A stretch of DNA of 63,492 nucleotides. It comes from Negaprion brevirostris (Eukaryota). The stretch lies in contig JARDVH010000121.1 of NCBI GenBank assembly GCA_030324005.1, positions 46,589,702 to 46,653,193 on the forward strand, read 5' to 3'. The notes beneath the pieces are model-generated. The model saw nothing but the letters and a program-made list of their open reading frames with translations, did not search any database and was not told the DNA's origin. Both the position numbers and the translations under genes were made by a program. Positions 1 to 13,567 of the stretch are shown here, piece after piece. How positions within the stretch are numbered: the stretch's first letter is position 1; each line of letters begins with the position of its first letter.

Positions 1-2172
1 TCCTGGTGCTGTTGGTCTTTATCCAGCAGACTGTTCACAACATGGGAGCGTGAGAAACAAACCCATTTAAGATTGCCCGGAGGCTCCCAACAGGGGCACA
101 CGTTCAGAGGTATTCATCGGGCAGTAGGGAACCCTATTGATAGCCATATTGCTGCCCCCCTCTCCCACATGGCATCACCTCCTGTCATTACCTATGGCTT
201 GGGATCCAGTGACAATCCTAGGCCTCGGGTGAGTGTTGTACTGGCAGCAGCCACTACTTCCCCAGGGCACTGCATAAAGGCCAGTAGCACTCAGTAGAAA
301 AGACTTCCATCCCCAGGATCTTTGATCCCAGGGGAGATTCACTACTATTCAGGGTATTTAATGGAGCAGGCTTTCTTTGAAGGAAGCAACATAGGTCTCC
401 TGTGGGCTCTCCCCATTATCTCCATTAAATTTAACCCAAAGAGAAGGTGATAGAGATTGGTTCAAAAAGGAGATTTTAAAAAAAGTCCCAGATAAAAAAA
501 ACTTCTAAAAAATTAATTTAACCCTTTTAAAATCTTCTACCTAAAGAAATGAGACATCATGCTTTTGTTCACTTCCCAGGCTGGAGAGATTAATTGGAAG
601 ACATTAATGATCACATGATTAGGGTACCATTANNNNNNNAGTTAACTGAAGTTTAATGGGAAATAATGTGAAAATGCATAATTAATAAACTTCATGAAAC
701 TGGCAGGGGGAGTGGGGTGTGCATTAAGGGTGTGATCCTGTTTTACTGAAGCTAATAACTCGACAATGCAAATCATCAACCACATTGTAACAATGCACAA
801 TTCATGGGTCAAGTTGCCCAATTTTCATGTTGTGTGTCACTTGCAGCCATTTTGTATGTAATGTACAAGTACTGTGACTTGTTACTAATCAAAAATACAT
901 TTTGATAAACTCAGAGCATCTCTTGGCTTATGGGGTCCCGTTTTGAATACAACGATTTACCGCACTTTAAGGGAATCATTTTAACCTAATCCACCCAGTT
1001 TGGAACTGGCCAGATGGAATCCAGTACCTGTCCTGTATCTCATCTGATTTTCCTTTCTCTTAGCTTCAGTAATGATAGGCCAGAGTGTAAAGCCAGCTTC
1101 CAGTGTGATTCTGGTAGTTTCCCAATGGGCAAATTGGTTTAAAATTATTCCCATGTGCCTGACATAAAACCCTAAACGTGCACTTGCCAAAGTCACCACT
1201 CGTATCCTACATAACTATAGTTCATTTTCTCTTCCTCCCTCCTCTTCTCTTTGCTTGTAATGCTTCTAACCAGGTATTGTTCTTGAATGCATCTCCTTCA
1301 TGGTTCATATTCCTGTCTTTTTCTTTCACCAAGTCCCACTCCTACGTTTCACATTGTAGACATTACATAATTTCCCAAGTGACTGTATTGACATCCCTAA
1401 TGTACCCATTGGGTTCCATCCCTTGCACCTCCCTTTTCGTCTTTGCACCACCCATTAGCAATGTTCGTGGGCCGAAGGGCCTGTTCTGCGCTGTAATGTT
1501 CTAATGTCAGACAAACGCATGGCCAGTTTTCACATTTAATGTAAGTGATGCTCTGGTTTACATCTCTGCGGCGTTTGTTACCAATCTCCATTGGTTTCTC
1601 ATCTCCCAGAGCAACAACCTTTCAAGACTCCTTTTGCAATCAAATCCATTCATGGCCACTACCTTTCCTGCCTCCATTCTTTCAACAACTATCCTCCCTC
1701 TTTTTGCAGCTGCTTTGCTCTTGTCCTCTAAAACTCTGTCCTGTTAACTTCCCCACTAGCTTCAAAAGCTGCCACATATCACTCCTTGAATGCACTTTTG
1801 TCTACTCCTAATTTTTCTCCCTGCTGCTTGGCAATCCTCTTGCTGTCTGCTTCCATGTAAATTAGTCCATTGTGTGTAAGAACTACAAAAGTGTTAATCG
1901 CTGATGGCTCTTGGTACCCTGCAGTTGAATGTTCAAATTGGATGGGCTGAGCAGTCGAAACTTCTAGGTTCTCATTTTCTTTGGAAAGTTCATGCAGCCG
2001 TTACAGGCCCAAACCTTATTTTGGCACTCTACTTTTGTATGTCAACATTCATCACAATCCACAGAGCCTAGAGGAAGGATGTTCTGGGAATGAATACAAT
2101 CTAAAAGTGGTGTTTTCGTGAACCTTTCTCTTGTGCCGAATCAGCAATTTGTATGGATGTTATTCTTGTGTA

Positions 2173-3858
2173 GCAATCTTTTTGTGAACAAGGAACTGAA
2201 GCAGATGCATTTTAATGAGCTCAGGCAATGCTCACGTAGCACATGCGATTCCCAGCAGTGTTAGCCATTGATCAATTATCGGACTGTCTATAAAGTCTTT
2301 TATCTCAACATTTAAAATAAATCCTTGCCAAGTTTTGTTTAAGAAATTAGCTCAGTCTGTGTCAAGATGACCAAAGTTGGCAAAATAGTGGGTAGACAGA
2401 CTAGCACACCCCTTGATCTCTCGTATTTGTGGCACAGTACTTAATACTTTGTGTTAAATTAATGGACTTTTATATTGTATTCATTTTGACCGTGTCAGCA
2501 AAAGTTCCAAACTCAAATCATCTTGGCAATATTTGAATTTTCCCAAGGTGTGTCCTGTCATAATTCAGTTCAATATTGAGGGAATGCTGCCCTTTGAGTA
2601 CTATTTTTTCAGATGAGATGTTAAAACTAAACACTTCTGTCTTTCAGGTGATTGAATAAAACCTAAATAAATCCCATAGCGTTATTTGAAGAATTGGATA
2701 GTTCTCCGGTCCTGGCCAATATTAGTCTCTCTCCAACCCTAATCACTAAAACAGGCTATCTGGCCATTGTTGTATGTGGGATCCTCCTGTATGCAAATTA
2801 TGCACCATGTTTTCCTACATTACAATGGTGATAACAAGAAAATATTTCTGAACAGACAATAAAATGCCTGGCCATGAAGGCACTAGATAAATATAAATGT
2901 GTTTTATTTTAATGAGCGTCTCTGCTGATTTTTGTTCCAATTCTGTTTTGTACCCTGTTCTGTTATGGTGACAGCAGCATTAATATATGTAACCCATCAG
3001 AGAACTGACCTTGACATGCAGCACTTGATTTTGTGGGAAGTAAAATGTTCCATTTCCTGTTGGTGCAATGTGTAAAATGAAGGGATGAGCACATATTGCG
3101 TACAGCGCAGTTAAATTTGACCTGACCTAGGAAATTGGCACCAATTAAAGATCTTTAAAGAGAATACTGCAATAGTCAATATTGCACTGAACTGTGATAC
3201 AGGACACACCTTGGGAAAATTCAAATACTGCCAAGATGATTTGAGTTTGGAGTTTTTGCTGAAACTGTCAAATTGAATGTAACACAAAAGCTCATTAATT
3301 TAACACAAAGTATTTCTCCTTATGTGCCACATTCACAAACACAAGAGATCAAGGGATGTGAACAAAGAACAAAGAACAACACAGCACGGGAAACAGGCCC
3401 TTCGGCCCAACGAGCCCGCGCCGCCGTCCCATTNNNNNNNNNNNNNNNNNNNNNNNNNNNNNNNNNNNNNNNNNNNNNNNNNNNNNNNNNNNNNNNNNNN
3501 NNNNNNNNNNNNNNNNNNNNNNNNNNNNNNNNNAAACTCCCACAGACACAGGCCCAAATCCATGTGTCCGCACAGCAACAGAGATAGTCTCTGAGCTGTC
3601 ATGCTGCCCTGAGCTGTCATGTGCTAGTGTGTCTATCCACAATTTTGCCAACTTTGGTCATCTTGACACAGACTGAGCTAATTCCTTAAACAAAACTTGG
3701 CAAGGATTGATTTTAAATGTTGAGATAGAAGACTGCTTATAAACAGTCTGATATTTGATCAATTGCTACCATTGCTGGGAATTGCAAATGCCACATGAGC
3801 ATCGCCTGAGGTCATTTAAAATGCATCTGCTTCAGTTCCTTATTCATAAAAAGAATGC
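2173..3858. repeat. Inverted repeat of about 237 bp (arms 2173-2408 and 3620-3858)
   Basis: Direct reverse-complement alignment, roughly 85-90% identical by eye, including an exact run ttttgccaactttggtcatcttgacacagactgagctaatt. Confidence 0.92.
2560..2905 (+). mobile_element. Deu-domain SINE (SacSINE1/AmnSINE1-like), old
   Basis: Recognised blocks tttcagatgagatgttaaa, tcctggccaatatt, cactaaaacag, tttcctacattacaa and tail gaaggcactagataaat. Confidence 0.75.
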
Positions 3859-4094
3859 CCTTTTAGGGCTAGAAACGCATTACTATCAGCACGTATCAGT
3901 TCTGAGGTGTGATGTTCCTACTGTCAGTGTAGCTTCAAGATTCTTAATCATCAACAGGATCACTAGAGTGCTGCTTTTTGTGGTATGCTTCCATTGTGCA
4001 GTATGACTGCCATTCTAATATAGTCCTTTTGAAAGTTCAGAACTGTTTTCAGGTGTCAGCTACCCTAGAAATTACTGGCACATTGTGGCAGGGT

Positions 4095-4300
4095 TTGGAA
4101 ATCTCCATTATTAAAACCATCTGCTTCCGCCTCTATCATTCCATCACTCTCAGCTTATCAGCTGCTGAAACTCTTACCCTTGCCTTTGTCATCCCCAATC
4201 ACAATGTGTCCAATGTCCTCCTGACCAACCTTCCACTTTGTAGCCTTCGAACCTGAGCTCATCCTAGATACTGCTCCATGTATTCTGGCATCACCAATCA
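4095..4300 (+). mobile_element. L2-clade LINE ORF2 C-terminal relic (representative)
   Basis: SIIKTICFRL...LSLSAAETLTLAFV...NVLLTNLP, matching the AETLIHAFVTSRLDY-type motif. Related relics at about 26655-26820 (+), 48850-49330 (-), 51960-52220 (-), 58280-58700 (+) and 62830-63290 (-). Confidence 0.75.
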
Positions 4301-7300
4301 GCAGCTGACAATGAAGTGAGGATGAGTTGAAACCTGTCAGTGACGATGATTGATTCATTGAGAAGATCTTGAGCTCATTCTAGCCTCCTATCATTTGGAC
4401 AGTGAACTGTGGCTGGGTTTACACTTGAACATTAAATAGTGATGAGGCCAGCACATTGGTCCATCTAACTCTTCTGGCTGAAATGTATCAGCACTTCTCC
4501 TTATCTCCACACTCCAATCATAATGGAGTCTCCCACTGTCTTACCAGGATGATCATTTCAGATGTTGGTCACCCTTTTGTAACACCCTGACACAATTTCT
4601 GGACTTGCCTTTTAGTATTTCCTCTATCCTTTTCCACTCCTGCCCTGCTGCACAGGTTTAACCTTTCTCTTCTCACTCTCTGCCTCTCTAAAATGAGGAA
4701 CAAACAAAGAAAATTACAGCACAGGAACAGGCCCTCCAAGCCTGCATCGACCATGCTGTCTGTCTGAAATAAAGCCCCCTTCCCTTCCAGGGACCATATC
4801 CCTCCGTTCCCATCCTATTCATGTATTTGTCCGGACGCTCTTTAAAAGACAAGGATTGCAAGTATTCTCCACAACTAATTTTTCTGACAGTACAGGGCCG
4901 CCTTTGAAGTCCTCCTCCATTTGGGCATCTGAGTGAAATGTTCTGCAGTAAAATCCTGTGATGTTTTACGCTTAATACATTTCATTAACCACTGCCACTT
5001 ATGCATTGCTGGAGTAAATTGGTGGCTCATTCAATGGATGTCGATTATTTGCAAATATTTAAAAGGGAGCCGCACAAGTTCCTGGAAGAGACTAATACAG
5101 CTTTCGACTTGTACACAAGCTAGCCCTTTTGTCATTTTAAATATTTTTCCAGTGCCTTCCCAGAGCTACCTTCGAGTTGCAGTTGATCTCCATAATTCTT
5201 TGTTAAACAGCTGTTAGGATTCCTGCTTCTAAGCATTATCCAGCGATATTTGACAGAAGATAGATTTCATTTACAGAATTGAGCTTGGGCACAGTGTTAT
5301 ACACAGTGTCACGAGGAACAACTACTCCCAGACACTGATGGAATAGAACTTACAGCTGCCTGCATAGAGGGTGTGAAATTCATCTCAAATGCAAAAAAGA
5401 TGGAGTTATTTAACTGAGCAGTCAGTTCCTGTAAAAGTACAACCCTCAATTGCTGGAGTCTTCTGTCATCCCCTGCAAAAAAAAATACTTAACTTAGCTT
5501 TAAGAGTGCATCAGCATGATGGTTCCTCTTTCTGCCTGCAGTGTCAGCAGTCACCATCTCTATCAGTGTCTTTGCCAAAGTTGCTGGGAGGCGGGCCATT
5601 ATCCCTGATTAGCTACTGCCCTCAGGGTCTTGCCACCCATCGATACAGGCTCAGGAGCCACTTTTGGCAGTTGAGCATCCATTCCCTTGATAAAATGTTG
5701 GACATGTTGACTTGTATTTTGTGTCAGTGAGTCAGTTATGCAAAGTTGGAAGAAGCATCAGAATTCATAGTCTCACTTCAAAGAGTCTGTAATCACTTAT
5801 AGCTGTTAATCTAACTTTGAAATAGGAGGTACCCTACTGTGATAATGGATGGTTATGAAAGCAGTCATGCATCAGTAACCCAGTAATGGAACTGCTCAAG
5901 CTTATGTTAACAGTGGAATAGCAAACAATGATTTCAAAGACTTAAGAGGCAAGACTTTTAAATGCCTTGACAGATTGCCACCTCCCTTTGACTGGCAAGT
6001 AAATTTTGACGGGCGTGTTGACAGTTCAATGAGTTTGGCAGTTGTTTATACAATCTTTACGCACCTCTGTGCCTACTTCTAACAATTCTAAAGGGCACAT
6101 CGCTTTCCCCAAAAGTGTCCCAAGACCAAATCCAAAGAGGTACTTCAGCTATCAAAAAATACACAAGGTTCAGATTTATTCTGCACGCATCAGGTTTCAC
6201 ATTCATGGGATACAACAATCCACTTTATGGAGGTAGCAGATGATTTAAATGGCCAGCTGCTTCGGTGAACCGTTCATGAACAAAATACCTCATTCCCACC
6301 CCTGTGAAAATGGGAAGTGCCAGGTTCAAGGGGCGGGGGGGGGGCTTGATTTTAAGGCACTCCTGCCATTTTTGGCACAGAGAGGCTCTTTGTCACAGCG
6401 GAAATCTGAACCATTGCTTTATGTGGACCTTAGACTGCGTGTTAAATGGGTTTGCACATTTTTTTTATGATGCAATGTGAAATATGTCCCCATTCTGCAA
6501 TACAGATAGTTTTCATTTTACAGGAGGGGGAATAAGCAGCATCACTGCCATGGAAGGGAACAGGAAGGAAATAATGCAATAATGTCAGTTAGATAGTGGA
6601 CTCTGTTAATATGAGCATTTAAGTAAAAGAGAGGCTTAGTAAAAGGTGAGATGATGAACTAAAATGGGATGACAATTGAGGTGAATTTCAATCTGTTATG
6701 TGCAGGATCGATGATGTTTACTTGTGTCCAGTTCAGCTAGAATAGACATGTTCCTAAGTGGCTGTGGGTATAGGGGCATATTTTCAGTTGCATCCTTTTG
6801 GCTCCTTTGTGGCAAATAAGAGTTAACTTTTCAGTAGATTCAACTCCCATTGGTAAATATGAAAAAAATGTTTATTAGTCGCAAGGCTTACATTAACACT
6901 GCAGTGAAGTTACTGTGAAATTCCCCTAGTCGCCACAGTCCAGCGCCTGNNNNNNNNNNAGCGCCTGTTCGGGTCAATGCACCCAACTAGCACATCTTTG
7001 AGACTGTGGGAGGGAACCGACGCAGACACAGGGAGAACATGCAAACTCCTCACAGACAGTGACCCAAGCAGGGAATTGAATCCAGGATCTTGGCGCTGTG
7101 AGGCGGCAGTGCTAATTGCTGTGCCTCTGTGTGGTGAGGGGAAGAGACAGGAAAGACACTGATCAAGTTTACTGTTGAATTAAGATGGCAGTAATAACTG
7201 CAAATANNNNNNNNNNNNNNNNNNNNNNNNNNNNNNNNNNNNNNTACATGCTCACCCTGGGTTTTATTATAAAAATGGTTGTTTCCTGTGCACTATTACC

Positions 7301-10232
7301 AATGATAAATTTATTGATCGTGGGCCTCTCAGAAACACTGCTTTATGTTTTACTTTTGTTTGTCATTAGAGTGAGAAGTTTAAATAATAAACATTCAATA
7401 TGGGTTGGTGGGATGCTGGGAAAGAGAATTTATTGTTCCCGCTTTAGTATTAAATTCTATAAATTTTTAAAATATATTTTGTTTGACATAACATCTTTAG
7501 AAAACAGTATTATAGTGCTGCGATTTCTCTGTAACATTGTGAAATGGCTGTTTCTATTGTCAGTATTACCAGTCAGTAGCTAACACAGGTTCACCACACC
7601 ACGAGGTGGTGGTTAGAGCAGCTACAACATTGCAACATTACCGGTATATGATAGATTGCACACTGTTTTGTGTCTGTAATATATAATTTGTGCAGAATTT
7701 GTCTATTATAAAAATGAATCCAGTATTTCTCATTCTTGGGCATGTGTGTCACTGGCAACACCAGCATGCATTTCCCGTGAATTGTAAATTGCTCATAGAC
7801 CTTTAATCATCCTTGGATGTCCATGTGATATTTTTCACAATGATTTGATAAAAGTGGTTTGCTAGGCCACTTCAGAGCGCAAGTCAAGAGTTAATCATGT
7901 TGGTCTAGGACTTGAGTCACTCATAGACTAAACTAGTGAAGGATGACTACATATTTCTGGAACAAAAATGAAGTGTTTTCTTTTCCACAACAATTTCACA
8001 GCTTTATATGTGTTTTGTTAAAGCAACTTTTTATTTCTGGATTTTAAGAAAGAAACTGAATTTACGTTCTTAAATTGCTGTGAGATTTAGGTTTCTCAGG
8101 ATAACTAGTCCAGTAACTATAATTACCCTTTTGGTACTCACCACTTATAACTGAGTAAAAATCATGAATGACCCCCCACCCCAAAGTAACTGAATATAGT
8201 CATTTACATCTCAACTGGGTCATATAAATATTGATCAGGTACATCTTGAAATTGAAAGATTTTGTCTAAGTCTCTTGGAGATAATTTCTCTAGGAAATTG
8301 CACTAGGAAAAAAAATCCTGATCTCAGCAGATGTCATGAGCTGCATCAGGAAGAATTGAATTAGATTGAAGATTTTAAGCATTGGTCCATTTTATATGTG
8401 GGTAATGTTTGAAGAGCATTCGGACTGCATGAGATGGGGAACAGGCTATAAGCTGAGATCTGCATGTTAATTGTGAAACAGTATTTGCTGGCTGGAAAGC
8501 TGAAAGCTAGAGAGCAGGTTGGGAGCTGGTGGTTCAGAATGAACCAATGTTAAAATGGTGATATCTGCGTGGCCCAAAATAATGCGCAGAGAACACACGG
8601 AACCTAGTAAGATGCAAACAATAAGTTAAGCAGTTTGAACAAAATGTCAAGGACTTGTTCTAAGCAACCAGAGGAAAGAATTTTATCTGAATCTATGATT
8701 CTGCTGTATTGCATCATGTTCAAATTGAAAAGGATTAGATTAATTCTCATGATATATAGGAATTCCTTCATAAATCAAAGCTACATTCCTCCCTAACAGC
8801 ACTGTGGGGTACCTATGCCACGCAGACTGCCGCGATTCAAGAAAGTGGCTCACCACCACCTTCTCAAGGTTACTTAGAATCATAGAATCCCTACAGTGCA
8901 GGAAGAGGTATTCGGCTTATTGATTCTGCAGCGACTCTGAGAGACCATCTTAGCCAGCATATCCACATAACCCCATGTATTTACTTACCTCACTAATCCT
9001 CCTAACTTACACATCTTTGGACTGTGGGAGGAAACAGGTGGACCCAGAAGAAACCCATGCAGACACAGGGAGAGTGTGCAAGCTACGCACAGTCACCCAA
9101 GACTTGAATTGAGCCCAGGTTCCTCGTGTTGTAAGGCAGCAATGCCAGCAGCAGTGGCAACTACTGTGCCACTGTACACGCTTGTGGATTGGTAAATAAT
9201 ATTGACTTTGCCATTGATGTTTGTATCCTATATTTTTTTTTAAATGACAAGAACTGAAAACACATCACACTTCGCTGCCATTGAATACCTACCAAATGAA
9301 TAGAAGAAATGATCAAATTTCACATAAGTATTGGTTTTACTCACTTAAGTGGCTTGAAATGCCCTTGCATCGGCAAAGAGAAAAGCAAAGAGCTATAAAA
9401 AGACACACCAAAGAAATCAGAAGGCCTTTAATTGTAGGAGAAACAGTTATATTGGTATTATAATCTGGTTATGGTCCTACAATAGCTGTGAGAAATTTAT
9501 TGAGCACCAGCTAATCAATGTTAGCCATAAGGTTGCCCCTTAGATCACGTTTTGCCAACTTTGGCGGAAAAGAGTATGAAGTTCTTTTGATGGAAAACTA
9601 CCATTTCACGAGGAAAGAGACAAGATGTTAGTGCAAACAATGAAGCCTGGATGGCTGTTTAAAGACCAAATGAAGAATGCAACAGAAGATGTCAAGACTA
9701 TAGTCACATTGTCAGAATATCATGTAGCTATGTAAGGTGTTGACGTGAGCTTTACTGTATCCTCAAAGCAACCAGGACCAAAGAGGGACAGAATCCCTTG
9801 ACCTCTTTAGCCTAACACTGTGGGTAACATTGATAACCTGAGTAGTTAGAAGCTCCCCAAAGATGATGACTTTGAGTCTGGAGAAATATGATGAGGTAGG
9901 GCAAGATCCATGATTCTATTTGCAATTCACAGGGCTGCATTTATCTGTGGAGGGAAGGGGAATCTTTGTACTTCCCTTCCAAGAAATATTCAAATCTAAT
10001 TACGTAATTCTGTAAGACATGAAGTCAATTTTGCAGGATGTGTAAAAAGAAAAACAGAATTGAGTGTAAATGGTGGGAGGGGGAAACCTAATGAGGGCTA
10101 ATTATATGGGGAATACACCAGGCTGGGATGTTTTGAAAACCTAAGAATGCATGGAAAACATTGTTACCTTGTGTCAATCTATTAAAATAAATCCTTGATG
10201 CAACAGTCCATTCTCTTTTGAGTTATAAGAGG

Positions 10233-10460
10233 TGTAATCTGCTATGGGAAGATGTGAATATTTTGGAGATAAGGATTTGGTGAGGATGATATTGCTTAAG
10301 GGCAGAAGCAGATGTGATGCTAATGTAATCTTGATGTCAGCTTCGAAGTAGAGGAGGAGAGCAGAAGCACTTGGCTTTTGGTTCAGGTGCTGGCTCAAAG
10401 GACTATGGGCTCGACAGGGCAATCGTCAAACTCTCTAAATGCCTAGCACACAACAAAACA
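10233..10460 (+). repeat. 5' LTR of the Gypsy element (start approximate)
   Basis: Shares blocks with 15900-16143 (cagaagcagatgtga vs cagaagcatatgcga; gagcagaagcacttggc vs gagcagaagctcttgcc). Ends in CA directly before the PBS. Confidence 0.65.
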
Positions 10461-12019
10461 TGGTGGCAGTGAATGAAAGACTGAAAGAAGCTACAGGGCT
10501 GTCAAAAAAAAAAAAGAAAATAACCTCAAAGGCAGGAAATTTAAAAAAAGTCCAAGATGTCAGAACATTGCGAGAGGCAAGCTATGACACAGACCCAGAG
10601 ACCAGCAACAGTGGGCACAAGCCAAAAACAGCTGGATTAAATGCAATAAGAATTCCCATGTTCAGCAGAAGCATGGAATCCACCCAACCACAGAACCATT
10701 TCAGAGTGTAGAATGCCTACAGCAGACCCAGGTACAGAACTGCTTTCGGATTACAGAAAAAGGACCAGACTAACTGGGCCAGTACCCAATTTATGCTGTA
10801 GGAACTATTGCTGATAATTTAAAAGGAAGGTAGCAAGGAGATTGAGTCTTCAGCTTCTTATGAAGAAGCCATACAAGCTCTCCACGTCTGTCAGAACATA
10901 ATAATTGAGTGGGCTAAATTGAACAGAAGAAAATGAAACGTCTGTTTATCAATCGTCTCTATTGGCTGGCATGAAATGTGCTTATGGAATTTTTAAAAAA
11001 ACATGTTGACTTGCGACAGGATCATTGTCAGGATGTTAGACAGTGTTATTGGATGCCTTCCAGGCAAGGGATGGTTTAGTGCTAGTGAAAGCAGTGAAGA
11101 TTGTGAGATAAATGGAACCTGAAAAACAGGGCTGGGTTTAGTTTGTGGGGAAGGATGGGTTGTGAGGATAAGATTGAGTGAGATCATTCAATTTGTAGGT
11201 TATAAAATGAAAATTGCACCAACTGCCATTTTAAAATGTCTGCAGTGTGTCTGGCACAAGTGAGAAGAATGTCCTGCTGGAAATGTAGAGTGCTACAACT
11301 GTGGAAAAATAGATGCAAGGAGTGGTGGGGGGGGGGGAAGAGAGAGAGAGGGCTTCCCTCTGGGAAGTTTTACATTCAGCCAGTTCAGCTAATGGAGACT
11401 TGCAAAAGACAGTATGCTGTTAAAAAGTTCTTTATTTGACCAATACACATTGGGAGAGAGAGTGTCAAAGGATTCTGTCTGACCTTGCATCACATGGGTA
11501 CAAAGGAAATACATTTCTGAAGATTTGATACTCCTGCCCAACCAATCATCCAAGCTGAATGGTCCAATTACATTAGTACACTTTATTAAACTTATTTCTC
11601 ATTATGCTAAGGGGTAAATTGCTTGTTGGCTCAAACCCACAAGAAAGTACCACGATAGCTTAAATCATGATACTAGTTCAAAAATGATTATATATCTTTG
11701 TATGATACATAAGTCAGGCACATTGTGATACCTTTGGTATATAAGGCACACTGGTCCCCATTTTTAAACTAATCTACTTGTTTGAATAATCTCAAAAGCA
11801 GGGATTTCTGTATCCCCTGCCACAATAGGTAATTTTAAAATTGTCACTCCAAAAATGCTAACAACCTGTAACACAGGGAAGAGTTTTAAAGCAGAACCAG
11901 GTATAAGTGGAAAATCTACAGAACAAAAATTAACCATCCTAGGGGAGATGAGTGACACAGTATTGAAGTGCTGAATGTCCCACAAAGTTTACATTAGAAA
12001 CTGGAGCAGGGATTTCTAC

Positions 12020-13567
12020 TTTATCTACAAGGCACAATTCAAGAGTGGGATGCAGTACTGTCCTTGAGTTCAGCTCCAAGAACCTTGACACCATCCAGGG
12101 CAAAGCAATCTATTTGACACTCCATCCCTCCACCACCAATGTACAGTGTGTACCATCTACAAGATGCACTGCAGCAACTCACAAGGGTCCTTAGACAGCA
12201 CCTTCCAAATCTGTGACTTCAATGATCAAGAAGGACAAAGGCAGCAGATGCATGAGAACATCATCACCTGCAAGTTCCCATTCAAACTACATTTATAACC
12301 CTTGGCTAGACCCTTGGATTTTGGATGACGATCCAGTTTGGGAACTTTGTTTAACATAAACAAATTTTGAGATTCAAGAGGCTTACCAAAAGAATAAAAC
12401 CACAAGATTCCACAGTTTTGACAAACAAAGAAAATGTTACTATACAATTTTAAAAAGCTAAAACAATTTACAATATCTATCTTGTATTCTAACATCCAGG
12501 AAAATATACACATGAATTAAGAGGGAAACTGTGATCAGATACTCTACTCTACAAACTAAATGCCAGATGCGACCAAACCAAATTCCATGGATTTCTCAAC
12601 AACCCACTCAAACATTTGTCACGTTGTGAGTCAATAAGTCTCACTGGAACTTCATTTTTCTCGCGAGGGTTGCGAATCTCCACTTCTGAAGATCTTATCT
12701 TGGAATTCTCTTTCAAAGTCGCTCCCACACAAAGGGCTTCAACAATGGCCATCTTGCAGGATTTCAATCTTGCCTTCCAAGGTTCTTTTCCCATGGATTT
12801 CACTCAAGCTTCTCCTTGCACGCACAATTTCACATCTTCAGCCGTGCTGAGCAAAACAGCACTGCTTTTCCCCAGTGGCCTATAGCACGGAGTCAGCAAC
12901 CTTTTGGCCCATCCTTGGGACAGTTGCAATGAACAAGTTATTTGATCTAGGTTTTTATGCAGTTCTTCTTCTCTCTCTTTCTCCCTTTTTGCACAGCCGC
13001 ACACTGACACTCCTTGGCCTGAAGAATGTAAATTAAGTGAACTGCGTATGTTCCCACCTGGACCCAGGATTCAGCGGCAAACCTTGTGTTCCCTTAAGTT
13101 TCATCGAACCACCTTGGAAATATATTGGCATTCCTTCACTTGTCATAGAATCATAGAAATCCTACAGTGCAGAAGGAGGCCATTCAGTGCACCAAGTTTG
13201 TACCAACAACAATCCCACCCAGGTCCTATCCCCATAACTCCTCACTTTTCCCACTAATCCTTCTAACCTAAGCATCTCAGGACACCTTAAGGGGCAATTT
13301 AAGATGGCCAGTTAACCTAACCTTCATATCTTTGGACTGTGGGAGGAAACTACAGATGCGGGAAGAATGTGCAAACTCCACACAGTGACCCAATTTGTCG
13401 CAAAATGTTGCTGGGTCAAAATTCTGGAACTCCCTAACAGCACTGTGGGTAGACTACAGTGGGTTCAAGAAGACAGCCCACTACCACCTCCCTGAAGGGC
13501 AAATGGGGATGGGCAATAAGTGTTGGCCTCGCCAGAGGCACTCATCCTGTAGCAGAATGATTAAAAA
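12020..13567 (+). mobile_element. 3' fragment of a jockey/CR1-group LINE inserted in the Gypsy protease and itself interrupted
   Basis: IYKAQ...LDTIQGKA-type ORF2 end at about 12020-12110 and tail gggatgggcaataagtgttggcc...gaatgattaaaaaa. Split by an unrelated insert of about 800 bp (12305-13110) and a SINE (13141-13395). Confidence 0.7.

Noticed and set aside
6941-6967. agcgcctg repeated across a short N run
   Set aside because: Gap-closure artefact inside a SINE, not a TSD.
1-10200. Exons of a neighbouring upstream gene
   Set aside because: No ORF with recognisable homology or consistent splice phases; I saw only repeats and non-coding DNA, though small exons could be missed.
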